The notes: generated by a model not told the origin, from the sequence alone. DNA of 32,000 bases from Acaryochloris marina MBIC11017 (GCF_000018105.1 NC_009925.1:3450001-3482000); one strand, 5' to 3'; numbered from the stretch's first letter, positions 16,131-25,539 are shown. Numbers and translations are program-made.

Positions 16131-17921
16131 GTGCCCTATCCAACAGGATCAATGTCCCTTTCTAATCAATCATTTTCTCTACCACGACGTCAGCGTTCTC
16201 AGCGCAGTGTCGGATCTGGCCCTCGGAAGTTTGTTTTTGGTGGCTTTATCAGCCTTTTATTGTTTGGAGCGATTGTTCCGCGCCTCAGTTTTTTGCAGAT
16301 TACTGAAGGGGCACTGAATCTTCAGAGAGCCGAAGAAAATCGAGTTCGTTTAATTCCAAAACGGCCTGAACGGGGCAAAATCCTAGATCGTAAAGGCCGG
16401 ATTCTGGCGAACAGCACCTATACCTATTCCGTTTTTGTTTGGCCCATTGCTCAAAAAGACGAAAAGTGGTCCCAAACGGTGGATGTCCTGTCTTCAATTC
16501 TTAAAATTCCTGAAGCGGAAATTCAGGAGCGCGTAGAGGTAGAAGGCCATAACTCAACTTCCTTAGTCCGCGTGGCTCAAGGCTTGACCTTTCCCCAAGT
16601 GGTGGCGCTGTCGGAACGGATGAGCGACATTGTAGGGGTTGAAATTGATAAGGAAGCCATTCGCTATTACCCCCATGGCGAACTGGCCTCTCAGGTAATT
16701 GGCTATATCGGCGAGATTAATGAAGAAGAGTTAGCTCGCCAACAAAAGAAGCCCTATCGCCTAGGGGATGTGGTTGGCCAATTAGGGATTGAAGCCTCCT
16801 ACGAACAAAAGCTACGGGGCACTTGGGGGGGCAACCAAATTGAGGTGGATGGTGCAGGCCGGATTGTGCAAATCTTGGGCCAAAAATTACCCATCGCTGG
16901 CGAGGATGTCAAACTCACCCTTGATTTAGACGTGCAAAAGGCAGCCGAAAAGGCCTTAGGCAAACGGCAAGGGGCGGTGGTCGCCATCAATCCTAAGAAT
17001 GGCGCTATTATTGCTATGGCCAGCTATCCAGGATTTAACCCCAACTGGTTTGCCAAGCGCGTTACAGAAAAGCAATGGCAAGAGTTACAAAACCGCAAAT
17101 TCCCCTTTGTCAATCGGGCCATGCAGGCCTTTCCCCCTGCGAGTACTTTCAAGATCGCCACTGCGATCGCAGGAATTGAATCCGGTAAATATTCCCCCAA
17201 TGCTCTGGTAGCCACCTCAGCCTCAGTGCATGGTGTGGGAGATTGGAATGGGGCAGGCTTTGGCGTGATTGGTTTTCAAACGGCCTTGCAGTGGAGTAGC
17301 AATACCTTTTTTGGGCGTGTGGGCGTGGGGACCAGTCCCAAAATTCTAATTGAGTGGGCTAAGCGTTTAGGGGTTGGAGAGAGAACGGGCATTGATATCC
17401 CAGGAGAGTCTTCTGGGTTTATTCCTGATCCAGCTTGGAAAAAAGAGGTGTTTAAAGACGCCTGGTATCCCGCTGACACCGTTATGGTTTCTATCGGGCA
17501 GGGGGCAGTACAACTCAGTCCCCTCCAAGTCTCCCTCATTTTTGCTGCCATTGCCAATGGGGGGTATAAAGTCACCCCTCACCTATTCCAGTCCGATCAG
17601 CCCGATGACCAAGGGCGGACCTCCCTGAATTTAAAACCCAAGACCTTAAATACGATTCGTTCGGGTTTACGAGCGGTGGTCACCAGCGGTACAGGTCAGG
17701 CGTTAAATGTGCCTAGTATTCCCCCGGCAGCGGGTAAAAGTGGGACGGCTGAAGACCCCCCTCGCTCTTCCCACACTTGGTTTGGGGCCTATGCTCCCTT
17801 TAATAACCCGGAAATTGTAGTGGTGGCCTTTGGTGAAAATACAGGTGGGGGTGGGGGATCTACGGCAGGTCCTATTGCCTTAAAAGTCTTGGAAGCCTAC
17901 TTTAAGGCTCAGAAGAAATAG
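16131..17921 (+). CDS. mrdA: Penicillin-binding protein 2 (elongasome transpeptidase)
   Basis: N-terminal membrane anchor. Transpeptidase motifs occur in order: STFK (PPASTFKIATA), SSN (LQWSSNTFF), KSGT (AAGKSGTAE). GTG start at 16131, with an alternative ATG at 16152. Confidence 0.9.
   Translation: MPYPTGSMSLSNQSFSLPRRQRSQRSVGSGPRKFVFGGFISLLLFGAIVPRLSFLQITEGALNLQRAEENRVRLIPKRPERGKILDRKGRILANSTYTYSVFVWPIAQKDEKWSQTVDVLSSILKIPEAEIQERVEVEGHNSTSLVRVAQGLTFPQVVALSERMSDIVGVEIDKEAIRYYPHGELASQVIGYIGEINEEELARQQKKPYRLGDVVGQLGIEASYEQKLRGTWGGNQIEVDGAGRIVQILGQKLPIAGEDVKLTLDLDVQKAAEKALGKRQGAVVAINPKNGAIIAMASYPGFNPNWFAKRVTEKQWQELQNRKFPFVNRAMQAFPPASTFKIATAIAGIESGKYSPNALVATSASVHGVGDWNGAGFGVIGFQTALQWSSNTFFGRVGVGTSPKILIEWAKRLGVGERTGIDIPGESSGFIPDPAWKKEVFKDAWYPADTVMVSIGQGAVQLSPLQVSLIFAAIANGGYKVTPHLFQSDQPDDQGRTSLNLKPKTLNTIRSGLRAVVTSGTGQALNVPSIPPAAGKSGTAEDPPRSSHTWFGAYAPFNNPEIVVVAFGENTGGGGGSTAGPIALKVLEAYFKAQKK
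17163..17170. repeat. HIP1 octamer GCGATCGC
   Basis: Exact GCGATCGC inside mrdA. Confidence 0.9.
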
Positions 17922-18002
17922 CCCTCATTAAGGATCGTTGACGACCATTGCCAGTTTTTTTTGGGCAACTCTACAATTGAGGGGCAATGATGTCGTCTTG
18001 CT

Positions 18003-19718
18003 TTGGCAAGGCAAGGAAGACTTATCGAAACGATTTACGGTAATCTCAAAGGCTTAAAATCTAATCAAATCAAGCAGCTGCGGCGACTCTACCATCAGCG
18101 ACTTCCGAGTGATCGCATCACGACGTCTGACTTTGCCCAGCGATTAGCTGCCATCAGTACGGATATTCATCAGCCCATCAGCACCTATCTCAACCGTCGT
18201 GGCCAGGTGATTCGGGTGGGTGTGGGGTCTCCCCGGCAAACCCAAATCCCCCCGTTAGAATTGCCTCGATATGGTGCAGATCGCTTGAGCGGCATTCGCT
18301 GTGTTGCCACCACCCTTAAACAAGAGGTCCCCAAGGAGTCTGCATTAACGGCGATGGCCTTACAGCGCTTAGATGCTTTGGCCGTCCTTACCATGACGGG
18401 CTCTGGTTTTGAGCGGCGCGGTGGTGGAGCCACGGGATATGTTCGGTCGACCTACCTGGCTCATCTCGTGCCTGATCCAACCACCCCTTGGACCATTTCT
18501 TCCCCGTTGAGTCTCGAACAGTTGGCTCAACAGAATTTGATGGATTTGGTGGAAGCCTTAGAGTCTGAATTTGGACGCTCTCTGAACCCTCGCTTGTCAG
18601 AGACAGCTGAAACTGAGCAGGTGTTAATGGTTGGGGTGATTCCTCAAGCCGTCTCTAAAGCAGAGATGAAGGCTAATTTAGCAGAGGTGGCGCTCTTAGT
18701 GGAGAGTGCTGGCGGAGTCGTGGTAGAGACGATTCACCAGAAGCGGTCTCATCCCCATCCCCAAACGGTTGTGGGAGCCGGTAAAGTCAAGGAAATTGCC
18801 CTAAGGGCCCAAACCTTAGGGGTGACGCTAATTGTTTTTAATCTAGATCTTTCCCCGTCTCAGGTGCGTAATTTAGAGACCCAAATTGGCATTCGTATTG
18901 TCGATCGCACGGAAGTGATTTTAGATATCTTTGCCCAGCGAGCCCAATCCCAGGCGGGCAAATTACAGGTGGAACTCGCGCAATTGGAATACATGCTGCC
19001 GCGATTGGCAGGGCGAGGCCAAGCCATGTCTCGCCTTGGGGGTGGTATTGGTACTCGAGGACCGGGAGAAACGAAGCTGGAAACAGAACGACGAGCCATT
19101 CAACGCCGAATCAATACCTTGCAACAGGCGGTCAACCAGCTCCAGGCTCACCGTTCCCGTCTGCGTCAACGTCGTCAGCATCAGCGAGTTCCGTCCGTTG
19201 CTGTGGTGGGCTATACCAATGCCGGCAAGTCGACCCTGCTGAATGTGTTGACCAACGCCGAAGCTTATACGGCCGATCAGCTCTTTGCCACCCTCGACCC
19301 TACGACCCGTCGCCTTAGTATTCCCGATCCTGAAACCCATCAGATGCGGACTTTAGTACTAACGGATACGGTGGGATTTATTCATAATCTCCCTCCCCCG
19401 TTGATGGATGCTTTTCGAGCAACTTTGGAAGAGGTGACGGATGCTGACGTTTTGCTGCATGTTGTGGATTTGTCTCATCCCGATTGGGAAAATCATTTGC
19501 GATCGGTGATGGATTTGCTAGGAACTATGCCGATTACACCGGGGCCAGGATTGATTGCCTTTAACAAGATGGATCAAGTTAGCAGTGAAGCCTTGGCGAT
19601 TGCCCAAGACCAGTTTCCCCAAGCTGTCTTTATTTCAGCGCAAGAACGCTTGGGATTGAACACTCTGCGACAAAAACTATTGGAATTAATCGATTATGCG
19701 GCCATGCCTACGGTTTAG
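18003..19718 (+). CDS. hflX: GTPase HflX (long form with N-terminal extension)
   Basis: G1 GYTNAGKSTLLN, G3 DTVGF, G4 NKMD, and the HflX-specific region ILDIFAQRAQSQAGKLQVELAQLEY. TTG start assumed, since no in-frame ATG lies nearby. Confidence 0.9.
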   Translation: MARQGRLIETIYGNLKGLKSNQIKQLRRLYHQRLPSDRITTSDFAQRLAAISTDIHQPISTYLNRRGQVIRVGVGSPRQTQIPPLELPRYGADRLSGIRCVATTLKQEVPKESALTAMALQRLDALAVLTMTGSGFERRGGGATGYVRSTYLAHLVPDPTTPWTISSPLSLEQLAQQNLMDLVEALESEFGRSLNPRLSETAETEQVLMVGVIPQAVSKAEMKANLAEVALLVESAGGVVVETIHQKRSHPHPQTVVGAGKVKEIALRAQTLGVTLIVFNLDLSPSQVRNLETQIGIRIVDRTEVILDIFAQRAQSQAGKLQVELAQLEYMLPRLAGRGQAMSRLGGGIGTRGPGETKLETERRAIQRRINTLQQAVNQLQAHRSRLRQRRQHQRVPSVAVVGYTNAGKSTLLNVLTNAEAYTADQLFATLDPTTRRLSIPDPETHQMRTLVLTDTVGFIHNLPPPLMDAFRATLEEVTDADVLLHVVDLSHPDWENHLRSVMDLLGTMPITPGPGLIAFNKMDQVSSEALAIAQDQFPQAVFISAQERLGLNTLRQKLLELIDYAAMPTV

Positions 19719-19847
19719 TGCTGCCCTGTTGGTTAAAGCTGCTTATTGCGTGATCGGTATCACGTTGGTCATCATCCAAGATCACTGAGTTATGGCTGAA
19801 TTGGGGGGAAACTCAATTCAGTAATCACAACAGTCAGGGAGCAGACT

Positions 19848-20012
19848 ATGTGGATTCGACGTAGCCATTGGCAGGAAGAACAGCCTCAACTTCAAGTTCA
19901 AGCAGAGTGGACCCTCGTTGATGGACAGCTGCAGTGTCAGTGGCAGCCCGCAACAGTTCTTGCAGAAGTGGAACAGCCTCTTGCCATGCTTAGGCGACCC
20001 AAAGCTGCCTAA
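19848..20012 (+). CDS. Hypothetical small protein (54 aa), below the ORF-track cutoff
   Basis: ATG at 19848 lies 6 nt after AGGGAG. Translation: MWIRRSHWQEEQPQLQVQAEWTLVDGQLQCQWQPATVLAEVEQPLAMLRRPKAA. TAA stop at 20010-20012. It fills an otherwise empty 369-nt gap. Confidence 0.4.
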   Translation: MWIRRSHWQEEQPQLQVQAEWTLVDGQLQCQWQPATVLAEVEQPLAMLRRPKAA

Positions 20013-20087
20013 CTCTCGTAGGATTTGTAATGATGGGAAGTGCTATGGCCCTGCTCATCGTTCCGTCCTAAGTGGGAGTCTAGAAAG

Positions 20088-20279
20088 ATGATTCAGCTGA
20101 CCATTTCTGATATGGCCTGTTCGGCTTGTGTAGAGAGAATCGAGGCTGCGATCGTAGCATTGGATTCACAAGCGATCATTGAAACTTATCTGGATCAAAA
20201 GCAAGTCCAAGTCACCTCTCAGCGATCAGAAGCAGATATTTGCGAGGCGATTTTGGCGGCCGGCTACACGCCCACCTAA
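20088..20279 (+). CDS. Heavy-metal-associated (HMA) domain protein, CopZ/Atx1-like metallochaperone
   Basis: 63 aa, MIQLTISDMACSACVERIEAAI..., with the MxCxxC metal-binding motif and the expected size for a ferredoxin-like fold. GGGAG lies 9 nt upstream of the ATG. The GTG at 20040 in the ORF track is probably not the start. Confidence 0.75.
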   Translation: MIQLTISDMACSACVERIEAAIVALDSQAIIETYLDQKQVQVTSQRSEADICEAILAAGYTPT

Positions 20280-20968
20280 TTTTTGTCTTGACTAACGCTG
20301 TGTTCAGATACAGATTTTGAGGCAGATTGTTGCCATATCACCGATAAATTATTGGCGGGCATCGCTACAGTTTGTTGCAGGTGCAGGCCATGTTGGGCCG
20401 CAAGATGACTGACCTCTGCCAACGGTCGAATTCCCCATTCAGGATTACGATGTCTTAGAGACTGATCGAAGGCCAGATTACTTGGAGCGGTCGGCTGGTT
20501 TGCTTGGATAAACGGCCCATAGAGATATAAAAGTCCTTGGGGAGAAAGGAGGCGGGCAGATCCTGCTATTAATCCTTCTGTGGCTTGCCAAGGCGCAATA
20601 TGAATCATATTGATATTAATGATAGCCACTATTTTAGAGTGCGTTAACCCATAGCGATCTAAGGTCTGAATGACAATCTCAGGCCAATTGGGTTTGCAAA
20701 CATCTAGGGCAATCGGTTCATTAAGATTGGCCGCGCGAGCTTGGTGTCGCCAAGCCGTGATACTAGTGAGAGATGCAGAAGACTGATCGCTGGGTAACCA
20801 GTCCAAATGGGGTAACTGTTGGGCCAAAAAAGCAACATGCTCCCCTGTGCCACTCGCAATTTCTAAGACAATTCCTTGCTGGGGTAATACTTGTTTGAGA
20901 ATAGTGAAGATGGGCTGATGGTTGCGCTGGAAAGCAGGAGCGTATTGCCGTTGATCACCATTGGGCAT
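20276..20968 (-). CDS. DUF938-family SAM-dependent methyltransferase
   Basis: N-terminus YAPAFQRNHQPIFTILKQVLPQQGIVLEIASGTGEHVAFLA contains SAM-binding motif I (LEIASGTGEH). The overall layout matches my memory of DUF938. Confidence 0.65.
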   Translation of the reverse strand: MPNGDQRQYAPAFQRNHQPIFTILKQVLPQQGIVLEIASGTGEHVAFLAQQLPHLDWLPSDQSSASLTSITAWRHQARAANLNEPIALDVCKPNWPEIVIQTLDRYGLTHSKIVAIININMIHIAPWQATEGLIAGSARLLSPQGLLYLYGPFIQANQPTAPSNLAFDQSLRHRNPEWGIRPLAEVSHLAAQHGLHLQQTVAMPANNLSVIWQQSASKSVSEHSVSQDKN

Positions 20969-21194
20969 AGGTTTGTTTTGCCTCGGGCACTTTGATCCAG
21001 TGTGTACGTCTTCAGTGGGTAGGTCAAAACGAAGTTGTGTAACGGCACTACCTTAACCCAGCTCTTAAATTGTCACAATTTCGACCAATCTACAGAAGGT
21101 TGGCTGTTACGATATGCTAAAAAGAAAAGATTTTATTAAGTAATATTTACTCCCCCTCTCTTTGTTCACCCTCAAGTCTTGGTTTAAATTACCC

Positions 21195-21764
21195 ATGTCA
21201 ACCCTTAAACGCTCCGTTAGACGTTTCGCCAGCATTGCTCTTTGTGCAGGTTCTCTGGCCGTTGGAGTGCCTTTAATTAGTGAGGCACAAACCAACCCCG
21301 GATTCAGTTTTGTCTGGGGTGATGGTCCTTCCCAAAAACAGCAGTTGGGCTATGTTCTAAGTTATGGAACCCCAAGACATTTGAGCGATCGCTGGCGGCT
21401 TAAAATCAAGCGTCAGAGCGTGGCCATTGATCGCATCAACATTACCTATCCAGACTACTTTGATGGCAAATTCAAGGCAAAAAAGATTGAACTTCGCCAT
21501 GCCCCCAAGAGTCGATTGTTTAATCTCAAGAAGGGCAAAAATATTCCTGTTGATTCTGTCACCATCGATCCAGATGGTGGTGTCATTGAAATCATTCCCA
21601 CCGAGGTGATTCCAGCCGACACCCCTATAGAAGTCGTTGCTTCAAATGTCAGGAACCCTAAATCTGGTGGAACCTACTTTTTCAACTGTCGAATTTCTTC
21701 TCCTGGAGATGTCGGCTTAATGCGATATGTGGGGGCCTGGATTGTTTCCATTTATCGTAATTAG
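21195..21764 (+). CDS. DUF2808-family secreted protein
   Basis: ATG at 21195 gives the signal peptide MSTLKRSVRRFASIALCAGSLAVGVPLISEAQ. INITYPDYFDGKFKAKKIELR resembles the cyanobacterial DUF2808 family as I recall it. Confidence 0.55.
   Translation: MSTLKRSVRRFASIALCAGSLAVGVPLISEAQTNPGFSFVWGDGPSQKQQLGYVLSYGTPRHLSDRWRLKIKRQSVAIDRINITYPDYFDGKFKAKKIELRHAPKSRLFNLKKGKNIPVDSVTIDPDGGVIEIIPTEVIPADTPIEVVASNVRNPKSGGTYFFNCRISSPGDVGLMRYVGAWIVSIYRN
21385..21392. repeat. HIP1 octamer GCGATCGC
   Basis: Exact GCGATCGC inside the DUF2808 CDS. Confidence 0.9.
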
Positions 21765-21800
21765 TTTCAAGCATTAGCTAAATTAGCTACATGCTCTCTC

Positions 21801-21845
21801 CCCCTTTCCATTGCAAGAGTTACCTTGCAATAGAAAGGGGTTATT
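21801..21845 (+). terminator. Rho-independent terminator after the DUF2808 gene
   Basis: 17-nt arms cccctttccattgcaag (21801-21817) / cttgcaatagaaagggg (21824-21840) with one mismatch and a 6-nt loop, followed by ttatt. Confidence 0.6.
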
Positions 21846-22015
21846 AATGCTTGCAAAATTTGTGACGATTCTTTAACTGTCCTTGCCTATCGTCACAGGC
21901 TTACAATCTCTATATACAGTTATAAAATACTAAGAAAAATCCATTTTGTAGTCGAATGAGTTTTCTTACTAAGTATTTAGCGTTTTTTAGTTAAATTCTG
22001 GCCTGAGATACTGCT

Positions 22016-22729
22016 GTGTCACCATCAGCAAATATTACATCCATAACATCTTCTATTTCATATCCCTTTACTTCATTTATTTATTTCTTTGGGCGTTCAA
22101 TTGTTATACCTGCCTATTTCAGCAGTATCAAAGTTTCGGGTTTAGAAAAGTTTCCTCAAGAAGGGCCTGTTGTCATTGCACCTACGCATCGTTCTCGCTG
22201 GGATGGCATCATGGTTGGCTATACCTTTGGCCGACCTGTCATTGGTCGAGACCCCCGCTTCATGGTCACGGTTAATGAAATGAACGGGTTTCAAGGATGG
22301 TTTATTCGTCAGTTTGGTGGATTCCCGATTGATCCGGATCAACCTTCGATTGCAGCACTGCGGCATGGGCTTGATTTATTACAAGCCCATGAAGTATTAG
22401 TTATTTTTCCTGAGGGAGACGTCATGCGCGATCGCTATGTCCAATACCTCAAACCTGGTTTTGCTCGCCTGGCCATTCAAGCTCAGAAAAAACTAAAAAC
22501 TGGCCCGGCGATTAAAGTTGTGCCTGTAGCCCTTGACTACGGATGTGCAGTGCCAAAGCAAGGCTGCGAAATTCATGTCAAAATTGGTTGCCCCCTCAAC
22601 GCCACTGACTATCCAGGGGCGACTAAAAAAGCGGCAGCAAACCTGAGCAGCGACCTCAAAGTTGCCCTCAATGGCTTACTGGAACATGCCACTCTCAATC
22701 CGGAAGTGACAACATCCGTATCGTCGTAA
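22016..22729 (+). CDS. 1-acyl-sn-glycerol-3-phosphate acyltransferase family (PlsC-like)
   Basis: Acyltransferase motif I HRSRWD (HX4D), motif III FPEGD, and a hydrophobic N-terminus. GTG start. Confidence 0.8.
   Translation: MSPSANITSITSSISYPFTSFIYFFGRSIVIPAYFSSIKVSGLEKFPQEGPVVIAPTHRSRWDGIMVGYTFGRPVIGRDPRFMVTVNEMNGFQGWFIRQFGGFPIDPDQPSIAALRHGLDLLQAHEVLVIFPEGDVMRDRYVQYLKPGFARLAIQAQKKLKTGPAIKVVPVALDYGCAVPKQGCEIHVKIGCPLNATDYPGATKKAAANLSSDLKVALNGLLEHATLNPEVTTSVSS
22428..22435. repeat. HIP1 octamer GCGATCGC
   Basis: Exact GCGATCGC inside the acyltransferase CDS. Confidence 0.9.
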
Positions 22730-22738
22730 ATAACTGCC

Positions 22739-22768
22739 TAGGCTGAGTCATAAGATGGACTCGGCCTA
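22739..22768. terminator. Hairpin between the convergent acyltransferase and rnj genes (possible bidirectional terminator)
   Basis: 11-nt arms taggctgagtc (22739-22749) / gactcggccta (22758-22768) with an 8-nt loop. One position is G-U on the plus strand and A-C on the minus strand. There is no strong T-run. Confidence 0.4.
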
Positions 22769-22786
22769 AGCCAGGTCCTCCAAAAC

Positions 22787-24535
22787 TTAACGTGCAGCTG
22801 TTGCTTTACTTCTCTCCGTATACTTTGCTTTCAAGCCGATAGGCTGTTGTGGATGTTGTAAAAGCAGTAGCAAGGTGGCATTAGTTTGTAGTTCCCGCCT
22901 TAATAAGCCTTGGAGCTCTCGCTCAATATAGCTTTTAAGACCATCCCAGTCTATGGAATGGTCCGTTGATTGACTAAACTGGTCCCAGCGGTTTCTCAAG
23001 GCCAATTCAACCGCGCTTTGTACCCACGCTTGCCACTTATCACTTGTAATTGTGGTGACGACTCCTCGCAAATGAACTTCAGGCGCTGTCAATAGTTGAC
23101 CATCCAGTCCGATGGTGGCAGCGACCGTTACGAGCCCATCTTCGGCGAGGCGTTGGCGTTCTTCCAAAACATGCGCTTTTAAAATACCGGCTCGATCCAT
23201 GAGCTCAATCCCAGAAGGGACCTTACCATCAATCTGAATGGAGTCAGGTGTCAAAGCCACCATATCTCCATTATTAATGATCACCATGTTTTCTTCCGGA
23301 ATCCCCATACTCTGAGCAGTTTGAGCATGTTTGATTAACATGCGATGCTCACCATGCACTGGCAAGAAGAATTTGGGGCGAGTTAAGTTCAACATCAGCT
23401 TTTGATCCTCTTGGCAGCCATGGCCTGAGACATGAATGCCATGATGGCGACCATAGATAACGTTGGCCCCCTGCATCATCAACTGATCAATGGTGTTGAC
23501 GACCGCAATGGTATTGCCGGGGATGGGGTTTGCCGAAAAGACCACGGTGTCGCCTTGGCGAATTTGAATTTGACGGTGCTCCTTACGAGCAATCCGAGAT
23601 AAGGCCGCCATGGATTCCCCTTGAGATCCTGTGGTTAAGATTAAAATCTTATGATCGGGAAGATTCCGAATTGCTTTTAAGGGCTCAAACAAACTATCGG
23701 GACATTTGATGTAACCCAGATTTCGAGCATGGGCAATCACATTCAACATGGATCGGCCAACGACAGACACTGTTCTCCCCTGTTTTTGAGCAATGTCTAA
23801 AATCATGTTGATGCGGTGTACGGACGACGCAAACGTCGTCACCAACAAACGTCCTTTCGCTTGAGAAAACACCCGCTCCAAATTAGGATAAACCGAGCGT
23901 TCAGAAGGCGTAAAACCAGGTACTTCCGAATTGGTTGAATCGCTAATCAGGCATAATACGCCCTGCTCTCCATGTTCAGCCAACTTTTGTAAGTCGAAGT
24001 TTTCGCCATCTACGGGAGTGTGATCGATTTTGAAATCCCCTGTGAAAATCACCACACCAATAGGTGTATGAATGGCGACGGTAAAGCTATCAGCCATGGA
24101 ATGAGTATTTCGAATAAACTCCACAAAGAAGTGAGAGCCTAAGCGCACAATATCTCGGGGAGCAACCGTTTTAAGCTCTGTTTTACCCGCAACCCCTGCT
24201 TCTTCCAGCTTTCGCTGCAATAAAGCCATCGCGAGGCGAGGGCCATGAATGACCGGAATATCGATTTGCTTTAAGTGAAACGCAATGCCTCCAATATGAT
24301 CTTCATGACCATGGGTTACAATCATGCCCTTAATTTTGTGGCGGTTCTCACGCAAATAGGTCATGTCTGGCAGCACAATATTGACACCGTGCATACCATC
24401 TGTGGGAAATGCGAGCCCAGCATCTACTAAGATAATTTCATCTTCAAATTCAAAGACACAGGTATTTTTGCCAATTTCATGAAGGCCACCCAGAGGAATA
24501 ATCTTGAGGGCTTGTTTCGTGTCAGTTTCCGTCAT
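22787..24535 (-). CDS. rnj: Ribonuclease J
   Basis: Metallo-beta-lactamase motif THGHEDHIGG, beta-CASP region, and the typical N-terminus LKIIPLGGLHEIGKNTCVFE. Confidence 0.92.
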   Translation of the reverse strand: MTETDTKQALKIIPLGGLHEIGKNTCVFEFEDEIILVDAGLAFPTDGMHGVNIVLPDMTYLRENRHKIKGMIVTHGHEDHIGGIAFHLKQIDIPVIHGPRLAMALLQRKLEEAGVAGKTELKTVAPRDIVRLGSHFFVEFIRNTHSMADSFTVAIHTPIGVVIFTGDFKIDHTPVDGENFDLQKLAEHGEQGVLCLISDSTNSEVPGFTPSERSVYPNLERVFSQAKGRLLVTTFASSVHRINMILDIAQKQGRTVSVVGRSMLNVIAHARNLGYIKCPDSLFEPLKAIRNLPDHKILILTTGSQGESMAALSRIARKEHRQIQIRQGDTVVFSANPIPGNTIAVVNTIDQLMMQGANVIYGRHHGIHVSGHGCQEDQKLMLNLTRPKFFLPVHGEHRMLIKHAQTAQSMGIPEENMVIINNGDMVALTPDSIQIDGKVPSGIELMDRAGILKAHVLEERQRLAEDGLVTVAATIGLDGQLLTAPEVHLRGVVTTITSDKWQAWVQSAVELALRNRWDQFSQSTDHSIDWDGLKSYIERELQGLLRRELQTNATLLLLLQHPQQPIGLKAKYTERSKATAAR

Positions 24536-24654
24536 ATGTTTCCTTAGCTATAAAGTCTTGTGCTAGATAGTGGGCAGACTGTGCAATGGACTGTCTGCAT
24601 TGAAGTGCGATGGATTTTGTTGTGGAGCGTTGGGTTAGTAGAGGTGCTCCATGC

Positions 24655-25539
24655 CTATAGCAATGCCAAATCTGTTAGAGTATTTTTCAATTTTTGAATG
24701 ATGGGGTCAGGCGCTTCAGGAAGCGGTAAACGGGTAGAACCCACTTGCCATCCTTGTAATTGAAGTGCAGCTTTGACTGGGATAGGATTAGTGGTTGCGA
24801 ACAATGCTTTACATAAAGGGAGCAATTTAAGGTGAATCTCTGTTGCGACTTGTGGTTCCCCTGACGCAAACGCAGTCACCATTTTTTGAAGCAACTCTCC
24901 CACCAAATGACTGGCTACACTGACTACGCCTGCAGCACCAACGGATAGATAAGGTAAGGTCAGAGAGTCATCTCCAGAGTAAATGGAAAACTCAGGTGGT
25001 GTTAAGCGACGAATTTGACTGACTTGATCAAGGTTGCCACTCGCTTCTTTAATGGCCACGATATTGCCAATTTCTGCCAGCCGAGCGACTGTGTCAGCTT
25101 CCAAATTCTGCCCCGTGCGACCCGGTATGTTGTATAACATCAACGGGAAATCAGGAACAGACTCCGCAATGGCCCGAAAATGTTCGTATAAACCTTCTTG
25201 GGGTGGCTTGTTATAGTATGGCACAACCAACAAGGCACCATCTAGTCCTAACTTTGCAGCTTGTTGCGTGGCTTCAATGGCTTCTCGGGTGGAATTAGAT
25301 CCAGTTCCCGCCATCACTTTAGCTTTGCTGGCAACCGCTTTACGAACCACTTGAAATAGCTCATATTCTTCTTGCCAGGTTAAGGTTGGAGACTCACCTG
25401 TCGTACCGCACAATAAAAGCGTATCTGTGCCATGATCGGCAAGATGAATGGCTAGAGCTTCGGCCACAGAAAAATTCATGTCCCCAGTGTCAGTAAAGGG
25501 GGTAACCATGGCTGTCAGAATCTGTCCGAAGAAGGTCAC
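24655..25539 (-). CDS. dapA: 4-hydroxy-tetrahydrodipicolinate synthase
   Basis: [19 protein letters not shown], and the Schiff-base lysine context [13 protein letters not shown] start. Confidence 0.92.
   Translation of the reverse strand: MTFFGQILTAMVTPFTDTGDMNFSVAEALAIHLADHGTDTLLLCGTTGESPTLTWQEEYELFQVVRKAVASKAKVMAGTGSNSTREAIEATQQAAKLGLDGALLVVPYYNKPPQEGLYEHFRAIAESVPDFPLMLYNIPGRTGQNLEADTVARLAEIGNIVAIKEASGNLDQVSQIRRLTPPEFSIYSGDDSLTLPYLSVGAAGVVSVASHLVGELLQKMVTAFASGEPQVATEIHLKLLPLCKALFATTNPIPVKAALQLQGWQVGSTRLPLPEAPDPIIQKLKNTLTDLALL

Noticed and set aside
16114-16317. 67-aa ORF overlapping the start of mrdA in another frame
   Set aside because: It is fully overlapped by the PBP2 reading frame and has no independent support.
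18860-19340. Several 79-125 aa ORFs on both strands within hflX
   Set aside because: They lie entirely inside a gene with clear GTPase motifs, and Arg/Gly/Pro-rich translations are typical of off-frame GC-rich sequence.
21861-21897. TGTGA...TCACA half-sites as a CRP/cAMP-receptor binding site
   Set aside because: The half-sites are 27 nt apart instead of the canonical 6. They are retained only as a hairpin or inverted repeat in the findings.
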